Source of the DNA: an uncultured delta proteobacterium
GTDB taxonomy: Bacteria; Desulfobacterota; Desulfobacteria; Desulfobacterales; JAHEIW01
Assembly (NCBI GenBank): GCA_963706575.1
Contig: CAVPNL010000003.1
Coordinates: 160,001-224,000 of the forward strand
DNA length: 64,000 bases
Reading direction: 5' to 3'
Below the pieces are notes generated by a model, which worked only from the letters and a program-made list of their open reading frames with translations, had not been told where the DNA came from and ran no database searches. Positions 30,541 through 41,566 of this stretch are shown here, one piece after another. Each line of letters begins with the position of its first letter. Position 1 is the stretch's first letter. A program made the position numbers and the translations under genes.

Positions 30541-30997
30541 GATTCGCCTTTTCTTCTGTGGTTGTGATGATTCTCGTTGAAGATTGTGTCCCCAATTTTG
30601 GGCCATCTTGCAAGATATCGGCAATTTTTCTGGATAGATACGCAATTAATTCGATATCGTCTATCCGTGATGCGTTTTCCAACATTTCCAGATATTCACG
30701 CAAATCCGGAAACATGTCAATAACCTTTTGAGATATCTGGGTTCCATTATTTAATTGGGTTGCGGTTGGCTTTTGGTTGTCGGGTGGCGCTTGAAGCTTT
30801 TCTACAGGCACATCCAGACCTTCAGCAATGCGCTTGAGGTCATCGTCACTTATGCGCTGCTTTCCCAGTTCGATGTTTTTTATTTTTGTCCGTCCCGAAT
30901 CCAATGTTGTTTTGAAAGCCCGGGATCCCAGCTCAGCCTGGTTAAAACCCGCCCGTTTTCTTAAAATTTGGATAATTTCACTTTGCGTTAATCGCAT
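30530..30997 (-). CDS. XRE/Cro-family HTH regulator
   Basis: ILRKRAGFNQAELG...IKNIELGK...LKRIAEGLDVPVEKL. Confidence 0.85.
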   Translation of the reverse strand: MRLTQSEIIQILRKRAGFNQAELGSRAFKTTLDSGRTKIKNIELGKQRISDDDLKRIAEGLDVPVEKLQAPPDNQKPTATQLNNGTQISQKVIDMFPDLREYLEMLENASRIDDIELIAYLSRKIADILQDGPKLGTQSSTRIITTTEEKANRGG

Positions 30998-31307
30998 CTT
31001 TTTCTCCGTTCAAATGATATTCGGCACAGAAATTCGAAAAAATTTCTCTTTTGTAACGCTGCAGTGATCTTCCAAATACAATTTGTCCGTAAAAATGTCA
31101 ATAGATCTTTTATTATCAGGATCCCATATTCAAGCGTTTGTACCCTTCCATCGCGGGGCTGATGATTCATTCTAGGTTGAAAGAACATCAGCGGCTTGTA
31201 AAAATTCCCGATTTAAAAGGGCAAAGCAATTGGGTGAAAGATGACGACAATCGGTGCGCAAGAAATAATAAAGGGGTTGGTCTGTGGACCTAACCCCTTG
31301 ATATCAT

Positions 31308-31382
31308 TGGAGGCGGCAGTCGGAGTCGAACCGACGAATTGCGGTTTTGCAGACCGCTGCCTTACCACTTGGCTATGCCGCC
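31308..31382 (-). tRNA. tRNA-Cys (GCA)
   Basis: GGCGGCATAGCCAAGTGGTAAGGCAGCGGTCTGCAAAACCGC...GGTTCGACTCCGACTGCCGCCTCCA. Confidence 0.97.
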
Positions 31383-31392
31383 AAAAAAAAAT

Positions 31393-31467
31393 TGGAGCGG
31401 GAAACGGGATTTGAACCCGCGACTTCGACCTTGGCAAGGTCGCACTCTACCACTGAGTTATTCCCGC
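31393..31467 (-). tRNA. tRNA-Gly (GCC)
   Basis: GCGGGAATAACTCAGTGGTAGAGTGCGACCTTGCCAAGGTCG...GGTTCAAATCCCGTTTCCCGCTCCA. Confidence 0.97.
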
Positions 31468-31528
31468 TCATGCAAACGCTAATTTTTAGTCACAAAACAA
31501 TGTTTTGTCAACAAAAAAGCTCATCCGC

Positions 31529-32086
31529 TCATCCTTGCAGAAGACTTCTGGAGCGGATAAAATAATCCGCCCCCGACCAGATGGTGAAAATCAGCGCCCC
31601 CCACAAAAATAAATTGCCGATAACCTGTACATCGAGTCCTAAAAACGGAAAGTGGATCATTAAGGGAATAATGGCCGCAATCTGAAAGCCGGTTTTGTAT
31701 TTCCCCAGATTGGATGCCGACAGATCTTCGCCCTTTTCAGCGATGATATTGCGCAAACCGGTGACGGCAAGTTCGCGACCGATAATAATACAGGCCATCC
31801 AGGCCGGCACCCACCCCAGAGAGGTCAGCATGATAAAGGCCGATGAAACCAGCAGCTTGTCAGCAACCGGGTCCATCACCTTTCCAAGCGTGCTAACCAG
31901 GCCCCTTTTGCGGGCCAAAAAACCGTCCAGATAATCGGTAATTGCCGCGGCACTGAACAGAAGCCCAGCGATGAGCGTGCAAATTCTGTTGGGAAACAGC
32001 ATCAGAACAATAATGATCGGCACCGCTGCAATGCGAAAAAGGGTCAACTGGTTAGGGCCGCTCAAGGCATTTTGGAATTTTTTCAT
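31529..32086 (-). CDS. pgsA: CDP-diacylglycerol--glycerol-3-phosphate 3-phosphatidyltransferase
   Basis: PNQLTLFR, TDYLDGFLAR...GKVMDPVADK; adjacent to tRNA-Gly. Confidence 0.95.
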   Translation of the reverse strand: MKKFQNALSGPNQLTLFRIAAVPIIIVLMLFPNRICTLIAGLLFSAAAITDYLDGFLARKRGLVSTLGKVMDPVADKLLVSSAFIMLTSLGWVPAWMACIIIGRELAVTGLRNIIAEKGEDLSASNLGKYKTGFQIAAIIPLMIHFPFLGLDVQVIGNLFLWGALIFTIWSGADYFIRSRSLLQG

Positions 32087-32104
32087 GAATTTAATGGTTT
32101 GGCA

Positions 32105-32371
32105 TTATTTTTCTTCAGATTGACGGGCCATGTATTGATCACGACATTTTTTGCTGCAAAAATACAGATCGTTGCCACTTAAATTTAAATGGACGGCATC
32201 ACGCCGGGGAAAATAGGCCTGGCAAAACGGGTCCTTGATCATGACATCATCGATCTGACCGCTTGCCTTACCGGAAACATTTTTTTTGGGGCGGGCATCC
32301 GGAAACATCCATGATTTCACAGCACGGTATAATAAATACCCGACCACGAAAAGAATTAAAAATTTAATCAT
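32105..32371 (-). CDS. YHS/TRASH-domain membrane-anchored protein
   Basis: N-terminal TM helix; DPFCQAY...YFCSKKC. Confidence 0.75.
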   Translation of the reverse strand: MIKFLILFVVGYLLYRAVKSWMFPDARPKKNVSGKASGQIDDVMIKDPFCQAYFPRRDAVHLNLSGNDLYFCSKKCRDQYMARQSEEK

Positions 32372-32865
32372 TAATACTCGACAACCTTTTGCTCTTCTTC
32401 CCCCAGACGCTTCAATAAAATTTGCATTTCCTGTTTCAATACCGGATGAATAATTGCCGGATCTATATCACAGAATGGCTTTAACACAAAGCGCCTTTTG
32501 TGCATGCGGGGATGCGGCACCACCAGGCGTTCTGATTTGATGATGCGATCATCGTACAAAATAATATCCAGATCCAGAATCCGCGGTCCAAACCGAATCG
32601 AGTCTTTTATTCGTCCGGCGGCCCGCTGGATATTTTCGATATGATCCAGCAGTTGAAACGGATCAAGTGCGGTCTCAAGTTTGACCATCATATTGACAAA
32701 CCAGCTCTGATTTTCATAATCCACCGGTTCGGTCTTATAAATGCGGGATTGCGCAAGGATTCTGGAGTTGTCGGCTTCGGTCAGCGCCTCGATCCCCTTA
32801 CGGCAATTCTGCAGCCGATCTCCCATGTTGGAGCCAGCCGAAATGTAAGCAATGTGCGTTTTCAC
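32371..32865 (-). CDS. folK: 6-hydroxymethyl-7,8-dihydropterin pyrophosphokinase
   Basis: GSNMGD, RFGPRILDLDII, VPHPRMHKRRFVL. Confidence 0.95.
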   Translation of the reverse strand: MKTHIAYISAGSNMGDRLQNCRKGIEALTEADNSRILAQSRIYKTEPVDYENQSWFVNMMVKLETALDPFQLLDHIENIQRAAGRIKDSIRFGPRILDLDIILYDDRIIKSERLVVPHPRMHKRRFVLKPFCDIDPAIIHPVLKQEMQILLKRLGEEEQKVVEY

Positions 32866-32880
32866 GAAAATAAGCGTTTA

Positions 32881-32959
32881 TCTCACGCCAAGCCGCAAAG
32901 ATCGCAAAGGGAAAAGATATCATGTTAAGCAAGCTTGGCGACTTTGCGTCTTTGCGAGA
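32881..32959. repeat. Palindromic GCAAAG/CTTTGC REP-like element (second copy)
   Basis: tctcacgccaagccgcaaagatcgcaaag ... cttggcgactttgcgtctttgcgaga. Confidence 0.7.
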
Positions 32960-32974
32960 AACGATGCATCAATT

Positions 32975-33799
32975 CTATTTCCAGGCGTCAGGCTGGAGCT
33001 CACCGGTATAGATGATACGGGCATCGCCTTCCATATAAACATTACGAAATTGGCCGTCGGCGGCGTCAAAATGAATCGTCAGGTACACTCCGCTGCGGGT
33101 TTTGACATCTACCGGTGAATTCATTTTAAACCGGCTGGCTGAAATAATCGCACTGGCAATGGCACCGGTTCCGCAGGCCAGCGTTTCGTCTTCAACTCCC
33201 CTTTCGTATGTGCGGATCTCAATGGCGTTACCTTGACTGCGCTGGACGAAATTTGCATTGGTCCCGGCCGGCGCAAATGCTTTATGAAGCCGAATTTCGC
33301 GGCCCAGGGTGACCACATCTAAATCAGCAATTTTCTCCACCATTACGACGACGTGAGGAACGCCGGTATTGACACTGCTGATTTCCAGTGAATCAGCTGA
33401 CAGTTTCAACGCATACGCCAGTTTTAGATCTGAAGGATCCGGCATCTTTACCTTAACGCCGCCCTCCTTAATTTGGGCGCTGACCACACCGGCTTCGGTT
33501 TCAAAGGACAAGCGGGTTCCCGCAATACCCTTGACATGAGCAAAACGAGCAGCACAGCGGGCACCGTTCCCGCACATTTCGGCATTGCTGCCGTCGGAAT
33601 TAAAAAACCGCCAGCGAAAATCATATTTATCGGATGCCTCAATTAAAATCAGGCCATCGGCTCCGGCCGACATTTTTCGCCGGCAGACATTGGCAATAAA
33701 GCCGCTTAATTCCGTATCGGCAACAATCTGATTACGGTTGTCGATAACAATAAAATCATTGCCGGCCCCGCTCATTTTATAAAAGGGTATCGAATTCAT
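32975..33799 (-). CDS. dapF: Diaminopimelate epimerase
   Basis: KMSGAGNDF, EMCGNGARC, NTGVPH, ERGVEDETLACGTG. Confidence 0.96.
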   Translation of the reverse strand: MNSIPFYKMSGAGNDFIVIDNRNQIVADTELSGFIANVCRRKMSAGADGLILIEASDKYDFRWRFFNSDGSNAEMCGNGARCAARFAHVKGIAGTRLSFETEAGVVSAQIKEGGVKVKMPDPSDLKLAYALKLSADSLEISSVNTGVPHVVVMVEKIADLDVVTLGREIRLHKAFAPAGTNANFVQRSQGNAIEIRTYERGVEDETLACGTGAIASAIISASRFKMNSPVDVKTRSGVYLTIHFDAADGQFRNVYMEGDARIIYTGELQPDAWK

Positions 33800-33851
33800 A
33801 GTTTCTCTGTGCACAATTTTCAATGGGTTCAGCCGAGACGAATTATACGGC

Positions 33852-33919
33852 AAAGGGCCAAGCGCATGGCGCATAGCGTATCATTTTGATTAGAGAGTTC
33901 TAACGCTTTGCGCTATGCC
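33852..33919. repeat. Inverted heptamer arrays (GCGCATA/G)n ... (TGCGCTA)n
   Basis: agcgcatggcgcatagcg versus cgctttgcgctatgcc, overlapping the lysA stop. Confidence 0.6.
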
Positions 33920-35172
33920 ATGAATGACGGTATGCTTTCGCCTTTCACCAGATCTTGGTAAGTTTCTCTTTCCTTCACCACATGATATTGGTGTTTTTTG
34001 ACCATCACTTCCGCAACTCGGGGGCGCGAACAGTAATTGGAAGACATCACGAATCCATAAGCACCCGTGCTCATTACCGCCAGAAGATCGTCAGCGTTGA
34101 CTTCGGGCAGGTTGCGGTCGACAGCCAGGAAATCACCGCTTTCACATATCGGACCTACGACATCTGCCACTGTTAAGGGCGCCTCGGTACGCACAATCGG
34201 CTCAATTGCATGAAAGGCATTGTAAAGGGTCGGACGCATTAGATCGTTCATCCCGGCATCCACAATAACAAAATTTTTTCCTTTGCCCGCTTTTTTGTAA
34301 AGCACGCGGGTCACCAGTACACCGGCATTCCCCACCAGGACTCTGCCAGGCTCCAGGATGAGCGTTAAATCCATGCCTTCAAGGTTTTCCAGAAATGCTT
34401 CGGCATATTCTTTTAAAGACGGTGGTGTCTCATCCGCATAGGTTATGCCAAGACCTCCGCCCATATCAATATATTGGATCTCAATCCCCAGTTCGGATTT
34501 TAACTGCTGTATCAGCGTCTTAATGGATTTTAAGGCATCTTCAAATGGCCCGGCCTCGGTTATCTGAGAGCCGATATGGCAATCGATGCCGATGACTTCA
34601 ATATTCTCCAGGCCGGCGGCCAGCCGGTATCCTTCCAAGGCGGTGGCAATATCGATTCCAAATTTATTTTTCTTAAGACCTGTAGAAATATAGGGGTGGG
34701 TTTTGGGATCGACATCCGGATTGACCCGAATGGCAATTCGGGCTCGCTGATTGAATTGACCGGCCCGCTGGTTGATCAATTTCAACTCATCAAGGGATTC
34801 CAAATTGAACATCAGGATATCGGATTTGAGGGCATAATCAATTTCATCAACCCGTTTGCCTACACCGGAATAAACGATACGGTCCGGTGTAAAACCGGCC
34901 TGAATGCCTCTAAAAAGTTCACCGCCGGACACAATGTCCAGACCACACCCGGCCGTGGCAAATAATTTCAGAATCGCTAGATTGGTGTTTGCTTTAGCAG
35001 AAAAGCAAATTAATTTTTTCATGCCCGCAAAAGCTTCGCTGAAGGCCTTAAAATGGCGTGTGAGCGTGGCATGGCTGTACAGATAAAACGGTGTGCCGAT
35101 CTCTGCTGCAATTTTTTGCACCGCAACATTTTCGCAATACAGTTCATCTTCTTGATAGGTAAAATGATTCAT
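33913..35172 (-). CDS. lysA: Diaminopimelate decarboxylase
   Basis: FSAKAN (PLP Lys), HIGSQI, EPGR, GPICESGD. Confidence 0.96.
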   Translation of the reverse strand: MNHFTYQEDELYCENVAVQKIAAEIGTPFYLYSHATLTRHFKAFSEAFAGMKKLICFSAKANTNLAILKLFATAGCGLDIVSGGELFRGIQAGFTPDRIVYSGVGKRVDEIDYALKSDILMFNLESLDELKLINQRAGQFNQRARIAIRVNPDVDPKTHPYISTGLKKNKFGIDIATALEGYRLAAGLENIEVIGIDCHIGSQITEAGPFEDALKSIKTLIQQLKSELGIEIQYIDMGGGLGITYADETPPSLKEYAEAFLENLEGMDLTLILEPGRVLVGNAGVLVTRVLYKKAGKGKNFVIVDAGMNDLMRPTLYNAFHAIEPIVRTEAPLTVADVVGPICESGDFLAVDRNLPEVNADDLLAVMSTGAYGFVMSSNYCSRPRVAEVMVKKHQYHVVKERETYQDLVKGESIPSFMA

Positions 35173-35192
35173 GTTTTATCCCTAAAGAAGCC

Positions 35193-35319
35193 AATCGTTA
35201 TTCGCTATATGGTATTGGATGAAGATCAGCCCTTTTTCTATTGTTTAGCAAAAATTGATATGCAATCGATAGCATCACAGTCTGCCTGGACCAATAACGA
35301 ATAACAAATAACCAATAAC
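35193..35319. repeat. Inverted heptamer arrays (GTTATTG/C)n ... (C/GAATAAC)n
   Basis: atcgttattcgctatatggtattgg versus ccaataacgaataacaaataaccaataac. Confidence 0.75.
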
Positions 35320-35346
35320 ATCGGATTGAGTTTTAACTCAATCCGA

Positions 35347-35844
35347 TCAATGGTCGAATTTAACGATATTTGAGTCCCTGCCCCCCTGTCCATATTCATC
35401 AAAGACGGTTACCTTGTAAATATAGCGATATCCCGGCGCAACGAACTCTGCATAACTCATCCGAATGGGTTTGGATTTTTCAGACCGTTTTTTATGAATC
35501 GGGATATCACCCGACAAAGCGTACCGGATTGGACAATTTTCACAGCTGGCGTCTTCGGCCGATAATCGAGAGCGAAACACCTTAACTGCTGCCGGGAGGG
35601 AGTTGCTGCGGCTCGCTGCACCCGGCACTGTCCAACTCAGCTCAACGATATCGTTACGGAGGCTGTATTCGAGATCGTCAACCACCGGCGGTAACGGCCG
35701 CCGCGGTGGACGGGGCGGTCCTTTTTTGCCGCAACCGATCCAAAGAAAACTCGAGCCGGCAAGCACCAATAACAAAACCGCCATCCATTTGCTATGGGAA
35801 TAACAAGCGTTTTGCAGGAAATTATTTTGCTTTGCGCTTATCAT
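35347..35844 (-). CDS. Lipoprotein with LptM-like CGKKGPP motif and FnIII-like domain
   Basis: WIGCGKKGPPRPP lipobox; LSWT, CENCP, YIYKV; start may be the internal Met. Confidence 0.7.
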   Translation of the reverse strand: MISAKQNNFLQNACYSHSKWMAVLLLVLAGSSFLWIGCGKKGPPRPPRRPLPPVVDDLEYSLRNDIVELSWTVPGAASRSNSLPAAVKVFRSRLSAEDASCENCPIRYALSGDIPIHKKRSEKSKPIRMSYAEFVAPGYRYIYKVTVFDEYGQGGRDSNIVKFDH

Positions 35845-37228
35845 CAGTGCTTCTTTTCAGTTTCTGCTCCGCGGCCTTAATCGCTGCTTTAACGGTTTGT
35901 GTTGCCGTACCACCTATTGAAGTGCGCCGATCGATCATCTGTTGTGTCCCCAGGTAGTCGAAAATGTCATCTTCGATTTGAGGTGCGTGCTGCTGCAATT
36001 CCTTTATCGAAAGTTCATGGATTTCTTTCTTAAGACCTATTGCATAACCCACGACCTGGCCGACACAATGGTGGGCCTCTCTAAACGGCAACCCTCTGGT
36101 TACCAGATAATCGGCCATATCGGTGGCATTCAGATACCCGCTGGCTGCTGCTTTTTGCATCAAGGTCTTGTTGACTGTAATGTTGGGAAGCAATTGAATA
36201 TAAATTTCAAGACAGGCCGTCAGGATATCGGCAGCATCAAACAGCAGTGTTTTATCCTCCTGCATATCGCGGTTATAGGACAGCGGCAGGGACTTCATTA
36301 TCGTCAGCATGGCCATCAGGTTTCCGAATACGCGGCCGCTTTTGCCTCTGACCAGCTCGGCAACGTCGGGATTTTTCTTCTGCGGCATGATACTGCTGCC
36401 GGTGGCAAAAGCATCCGGCAGTTCAATAAAGCCAAACTCGGCTGAAGACCAGATTATCAGTTCTTCCGACAAGCGGCTTAAGTGCATCGCACAAATACCG
36501 GCGGCGGATAAAAATTCAATAATGAAATCCCGGTCGGATACGGAATCAATACTGTTGGCTGAAACCTTTTCAAATCCGAGCAGTTCGGCCGTGTATTTTC
36601 TGTCAAGGGGATGCGGCGTGCCGGCAAGGGCTGCGCTTCCCAGCGGCATGACGTTGATGCGCACCATACAATCCTGCAGGCGCTCTGCGTCCCTTGAAAA
36701 CATTTCGTAATATGCCATCAAATGATGCGCCAGCAGAATTGGCTGGGCGCGCTGCAGATGGGTGTAGCCCGGCAGCACAGTTCCAATATGGTGTCTGGCA
36801 AGGTCCACCAGAACATTTTGCAATTGGAACAGATGCTGGATGATTGAATTAACGGTATCCTTCAGGTACAGACGCACATCCAGAGCCACCTGATCGTTGC
36901 GGCTTCGGGCGGTATGCAGCTTGTGGGCAACTTTGCCGACGATCTCAGCCAGCCGGGATTCAATATGGGTGTGAATATCTTCCAGTGCGTCGCTGTATGA
37001 CAAGGTTCCTTCCTCGATCTCCTGCCTGACTTTGTCAAGGCCTGCAATTAATTCCTCAGCCTCTTGTGCGGATATAATGTCCGCCTTTGCCAGGGTCCGG
37101 CAGTGCGCAATGCTGCCCTGAATATCATAGGCGTACAGCCGCCTGTCGACATCGATTGAGGACGTAAATGTTTCAACAATTTTAGCAGTTTTTTCTTTAA
37201 ACCGGCCGGCCCATAGTTTTTCTGACAT
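35822..37228 (-). CDS. argH: Argininosuccinate lyase
   Basis: LWAGRF, HTARSRNDQ, GSSIMPQKKNPD. Confidence 0.97.
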   Translation of the reverse strand: MSEKLWAGRFKEKTAKIVETFTSSIDVDRRLYAYDIQGSIAHCRTLAKADIISAQEAEELIAGLDKVRQEIEEGTLSYSDALEDIHTHIESRLAEIVGKVAHKLHTARSRNDQVALDVRLYLKDTVNSIIQHLFQLQNVLVDLARHHIGTVLPGYTHLQRAQPILLAHHLMAYYEMFSRDAERLQDCMVRINVMPLGSAALAGTPHPLDRKYTAELLGFEKVSANSIDSVSDRDFIIEFLSAAGICAMHLSRLSEELIIWSSAEFGFIELPDAFATGSSIMPQKKNPDVAELVRGKSGRVFGNLMAMLTIMKSLPLSYNRDMQEDKTLLFDAADILTACLEIYIQLLPNITVNKTLMQKAAASGYLNATDMADYLVTRGLPFREAHHCVGQVVGYAIGLKKEIHELSIKELQQHAPQIEDDIFDYLGTQQMIDRRTSIGGTATQTVKAAIKAAEQKLKRSTDDKRKAK

Positions 37229-37245
37229 GATTATAACGTTATTGG

Positions 37246-38457
37246 TTACTGGTTATTGGTTTCGATTAATTTTTGAATTCTTAATCTTAAAGCGTTTAAG
37301 CGGATGAAGCCTTCGGCATCTTTTTGGTTGTAAACCTGATCATCTTCAAAGGTGGCAAAGTCTTCCCGATACAGCGAACGATCTGATTTACGGCCCAAAA
37401 CACGGCAGTTGCCTTTATACAATTCAAGACGTACGGTTCCGGATACATTCTGCTGGGTCATGTCAATCATATTCTGCAACAATTTCATCTCCGGCGAAAA
37501 CCAGAAACCGTTGTAGACCAGCTGTGCATATTTGGGTATCAAAGAATCCCGCAGGTGCAGAACCTCGCGATCCATGGTAATGGATTCCAGCGCCATATGC
37601 GCGACGCGCAGGATCGACCCGCCGGGGGTTTCATAAACGCCGCGGGATTTCATTCCGACAAATCGATTCTCAACCATATCCACCCGTCCGATACCGTGTT
37701 TGCCACCATGGGCGTTTAAAGCCTTAAGCAAATTCGCTGGCGTCAGCTCTTCTCCATTCAGCTTGACCGGATTGCCATTTTGAAAGATCAGCTCGATAAT
37801 TTCAGATTTATCCGGAGCATGCTTGGGTGAAACGGTCAGTGTGAAAATGTCTTCGGGTGCTTCTGCCCATGGATCTTCAAGTATACCGCCTTCATAACTG
37901 ATATGCAAAAGATTGGAATCCGTACTGTAGGGTTTGTCATGGGTGGCTTGAACTTCGATACCATGCTTGCCGGCAAAATCCATTAGGGCGGTACGAGAAT
38001 TTAAATCCCACTCCCGCCAGGGTGCTATTATTTTGATCCCGGGATCATGTGAAAGATAGCCGAGTTCAAATCGAACCTGATCGTTACCCTTGCCGGTGGC
38101 ACCGTGGCTGACGGCATCGGCCTTTTCACTGTGCGCAATTTCTATCTGGCGCTTCGCGATCAGCGGTCTCGCCAGCGAAGTTCCTAATAGATACTGCCCC
38201 TCGTATATCGCATTGGCACGAAATGCCGGAAACACATAGTCATTAACAAAGGCCTCCGTCAGATCCTCAATATAGGCCTTTGTAGCCCCGGTTTTATAAG
38301 CATTGTCTCTGACCTGATCCAGGTCATCTTCCTGGCCGATGTTGGCTGAAAAGGCAATGACCTCGCATTGATAGGTTTCAATAAGCCACTTTAAAATAAC
38401 CGAAGTATCCAGTCCGCCGGAATAGGCCAATACCACTTTGTTGATCTTCGCAGTCAA
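37246..38457 (-). CDS. argG: Argininosuccinate synthase
   Basis: [34 protein letters not shown]. Confidence 0.97.
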   Translation of the reverse strand: MTAKINKVVLAYSGGLDTSVILKWLIETYQCEVIAFSANIGQEDDLDQVRDNAYKTGATKAYIEDLTEAFVNDYVFPAFRANAIYEGQYLLGTSLARPLIAKRQIEIAHSEKADAVSHGATGKGNDQVRFELGYLSHDPGIKIIAPWREWDLNSRTALMDFAGKHGIEVQATHDKPYSTDSNLLHISYEGGILEDPWAEAPEDIFTLTVSPKHAPDKSEIIELIFQNGNPVKLNGEELTPANLLKALNAHGGKHGIGRVDMVENRFVGMKSRGVYETPGGSILRVAHMALESITMDREVLHLRDSLIPKYAQLVYNGFWFSPEMKLLQNMIDMTQQNVSGTVRLELYKGNCRVLGRKSDRSLYREDFATFEDDQVYNQKDAEGFIRLNALRLRIQKLIETNNQ

Positions 38458-38485
38458 AATAGGAACCTCCGCTTTAAGATAAATT

Positions 38486-39400
38486 CTATTTGCTTATCAA
38501 TATATCAAGTATCGCCTTATGCATGTGAAGCTTGTTTTCGGATTGATCCCAGACAACTGAATGAGGGCCTTCCAGAACTGCTTCACTAATTTCTTCTTCT
38601 CGATGGGCCGGCAGGCAATGCAGCACAATGACATCTTTGGCCGCATTTTCCAAAAGTGCGGCATTTACCTGAAAAGGCGCAAATATTTTTTTGCGAGCCT
38701 CCTGTTCGGCCTCCTGCCCCATACTGGCCCAGACATCCGTGTTGACCACATCAGCATCTTTAACCGCCGCGATGGGATCCGAATTAAGGGTAATCCTGGC
38801 ATTGGGTTTTTGGGCGGCCCTGCTTAAAATCCGCGCAGCGGGAAAATAGCCTTCAGGGCATGCTAGATGCAGCTCAAAGCCAAGGGCTCCTGCCGCGTTG
38901 ATCCAGGATTGGGCCATATTGTTGCCGTCCCCCACCCATGCAATTTTCAGATTTTCAACCGCTCCTTTGTGCTCGATAACCGTCAACAAATCACTTAAAA
39001 CCTGACAGGGATGATAGGCATCCGTTAAGGCGTTTATCACCGGGATGTCGGATGATTCCGCAAATTCCTGAATCACCTCCTGGGAGAAGGTCCGAATGGC
39101 CAGTGCATCCAGATAACGGGAAAGAACCCTGGCGGTATCCTTAATGGGTTCATCCCTTGACATCTGCGTATCTTTGGAACTGATAAAAAGCGGTGTACCG
39201 CCCAGCTGTATCATGGCGGCCTCAAATGAGACCCGGGTGCGCGTCGAGGGTTTGTCAAATAGAAGTCCCAGGCTTTTGCCGGTCAGTGATGGTCTGGCAA
39301 TGCCTTTCTTCTGCTTTTCCTTAAGCTCAACCGCTCGCTTAAAAAAGGCCTCAAATTCTTCTCTGGCAAGATCGGCCAGCGTCAACAGATGTTTGGTCAT
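38486..39400 (-). CDS. argF: Ornithine carbamoyltransferase
   Basis: STRTR, HPCQ, WASMG, HCLP. Confidence 0.96.
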   Translation of the reverse strand: MTKHLLTLADLAREEFEAFFKRAVELKEKQKKGIARPSLTGKSLGLLFDKPSTRTRVSFEAAMIQLGGTPLFISSKDTQMSRDEPIKDTARVLSRYLDALAIRTFSQEVIQEFAESSDIPVINALTDAYHPCQVLSDLLTVIEHKGAVENLKIAWVGDGNNMAQSWINAAGALGFELHLACPEGYFPAARILSRAAQKPNARITLNSDPIAAVKDADVVNTDVWASMGQEAEQEARKKIFAPFQVNAALLENAAKDVIVLHCLPAHREEEISEAVLEGPHSVVWDQSENKLHMHKAILDILISK

Positions 39401-39418
39401 AAATACACTCCCCGAGTC

Positions 39419-40621
39419 TTAATGATGTGAAGATGCAGCATCACTCAATATCCCGTCAAGGCACTCAATCAGCTGATCAATTTCTTCTTCGGAAATGATC
39501 AAGGGCGGGATAAATCTTAAAATACGATCCTGGATACAATTGATTAAAAAGCCGTTTTGCATACACTGTTTCACTAGCGGCGCACCGTCGATTTTAAGCT
39601 TCATCCCCAGCAACAGGCCCAGCCCGCGCACATCTTCAATGATGGCGTGACGGCCTTTTAACTCGAGCAATTTTTTCTTGAAATACGATCCGGCGGCCTT
39701 GCCCTTTTCGATAGTCTGCTCTTCCACCAGAATCTTGCAGACTTCCAGGGCGGCGGCCGTAATAATGGGGGTTCCACCAAAGGTGGATGCATGCGCTCCG
39801 GGACCAAAAGCCGCGGCAATCGTTTCGGTGGCCAGCATCGCCCCGATCGGCAACCCATTGGCCAGGGCTTTGGCCAGGGTCATGATATCCGGCTCGATTC
39901 CAAAGTGCTGATAGGCGAAAAGCTTTCCGGTACGCCCCATACCGGTTTGAATTTCATCAAAAATCAACAGCGTTCCGGTTTCGTCACAGATTTTTCGGAC
40001 TGTTTGCAGGTATTTCTCATCCGGGCAGCGCACGCCGCCTTCGCCTTGAATGGGCTCCAGCATGACCGCACAGGTGGCGGGCCCGATCTGGGCCCGCAAG
40101 GCCTGTTCATCATTAAAGGGCACAAAATCGAAACCATCCAGAACCGGATCAAATCCTTTCCTAACTTTTTCCTGACCGGTCGCAGAAAGGGTAGCCATCG
40201 TGCGCCCATGAAATGAGCGCGCCATGGTGACAATTCGAAAACGATTTGCTTCCCCGCGGTCCTTAAAGTATTTTCGTGCCAGTTTAATGGCCGCCTCATT
40301 GGCTTCGGCCCCGCTGTTGCCAAAAAAAACCCGATCGGCAAAGCTATTTTCCACCAACCAGGCCGCCAGGTCGATCTGTGGCAGCGTATAGTATAGATTG
40401 GATACATGCAGCAACGTTTGGGCCTGTCGGGCAACGGCTGCGCTAACCCGGGGGTGGGCATGCCCCAGATTGCAAACCGCAATACCGGCCACAAAGTCCG
40501 TGTAAGTCCGCCCTTCGGTGTCCCAGAGTTTACAGCCCCTCCCCTTCTCAAAGGTAACGGGAAATCTTTGATAGGTAGCTGCCATTACTTGATCGGCGCG
40601 TTTCATTCGCTCGGCGGTCAT
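39419..40621 (-). CDS. argD: Acetylornithine aminotransferase
   Basis: [38 protein letters not shown]. Confidence 0.95.
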   Translation of the reverse strand: MTAERMKRADQVMAATYQRFPVTFEKGRGCKLWDTEGRTYTDFVAGIAVCNLGHAHPRVSAAVARQAQTLLHVSNLYYTLPQIDLAAWLVENSFADRVFFGNSGAEANEAAIKLARKYFKDRGEANRFRIVTMARSFHGRTMATLSATGQEKVRKGFDPVLDGFDFVPFNDEQALRAQIGPATCAVMLEPIQGEGGVRCPDEKYLQTVRKICDETGTLLIFDEIQTGMGRTGKLFAYQHFGIEPDIMTLAKALANGLPIGAMLATETIAAAFGPGAHASTFGGTPIITAAALEVCKILVEEQTIEKGKAAGSYFKKKLLELKGRHAIIEDVRGLGLLLGMKLKIDGAPLVKQCMQNGFLINCIQDRILRFIPPLIISEEEIDQLIECLDGILSDAASSHH

Positions 40622-41514
40622 GCCGTCACCTCCGTTCCAATTCCACTGTCGGTAAATAATTCCAGCAAAATTGAATGTCGTTTCGTACCATTGATGATCT
40701 GAACTTTTTCCACTCCGTTTTCCAGCGCTTTGAGGCCATATTCGATTTTGGGAATCATACCGCCGGAAATGTCCTGATCATCAATCATTTTTTTAATCTG
40801 CCCGGCGCCAATTGAACTGATCAGCTCACCGCCGGCATCTAAAACCCCGTCCACATCGGTAAGCAAAACAAGACGACCGGCCTTCAGTGCCATAGCGATA
40901 CGACTGGCCACAAGATCCGCATTGATGTTGTAAGTTTCTCCGGCTTCTCCGGCACCGACCGGCGCAATAATAGGTATAAAACCCTGCTGGCTCAGTTTGT
41001 CGATAATTTCGCAATTAATGCCAGTCACCTCTCCGACCAGACCGGGGTCAATAATTTCCGGGGGCTTGTCGCTGTCGCCTTGCCGTACGATTTTAAGCTT
41101 TCTGGCTTGAATCAAACCGCCATCTTTGCCGCTCAGACCAACGGCCTTGCCGCCCTCCTGATTAATCTGGTGAACGATGGCCTTGTTGACCTTGCCACCC
41201 AAAACCATCTCGACAACATCCATGGTGCGTTCATCGGTCAGGCGCATGCCGCGAACAAATTGGGGCCGGATTCCCATCTGGTCCAGTACCGAATTAATCT
41301 GGGGCCCCCCGCCGTGCACTACGACCGGCTTGAGACCGACAAATTTCAGCAAGGTAATATCCCGGGCAAAATCCTGCTTGAGCTGTTCATCCACCATAGC
41401 ATGCCCGCCGTATTTGACGACAATGGTCATACCAGAAAACCGGCGAATATAAGGCAGTGCTTCAATGAGAATATCGGCCACACTGGGGTTCGTATCACGG
41501 GTGTCTTTGATCAT
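40618..41514 (-). CDS. argB: Acetylglutamate kinase
   Basis: [25 protein letters not shown]. Confidence 0.96.
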   Translation of the reverse strand: MIKDTRDTNPSVADILIEALPYIRRFSGMTIVVKYGGHAMVDEQLKQDFARDITLLKFVGLKPVVVHGGGPQINSVLDQMGIRPQFVRGMRLTDERTMDVVEMVLGGKVNKAIVHQINQEGGKAVGLSGKDGGLIQARKLKIVRQGDSDKPPEIIDPGLVGEVTGINCEIIDKLSQQGFIPIIAPVGAGEAGETYNINADLVASRIAMALKAGRLVLLTDVDGVLDAGGELISSIGAGQIKKMIDDQDISGGMIPKIEYGLKALENGVEKVQIINGTKRHSILLELFTDSGIGTEVTA

Positions 41515-41566
41515 TGTCTCATTGTACCTAATGAAATTGTTATCCTAAGCAATATTCATTTGTAAA

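Noticed and set aside
31213..31565. ORFs 31213-31437 and 31347-31565
   Set aside because: They overlap tRNA-Cys and tRNA-Gly
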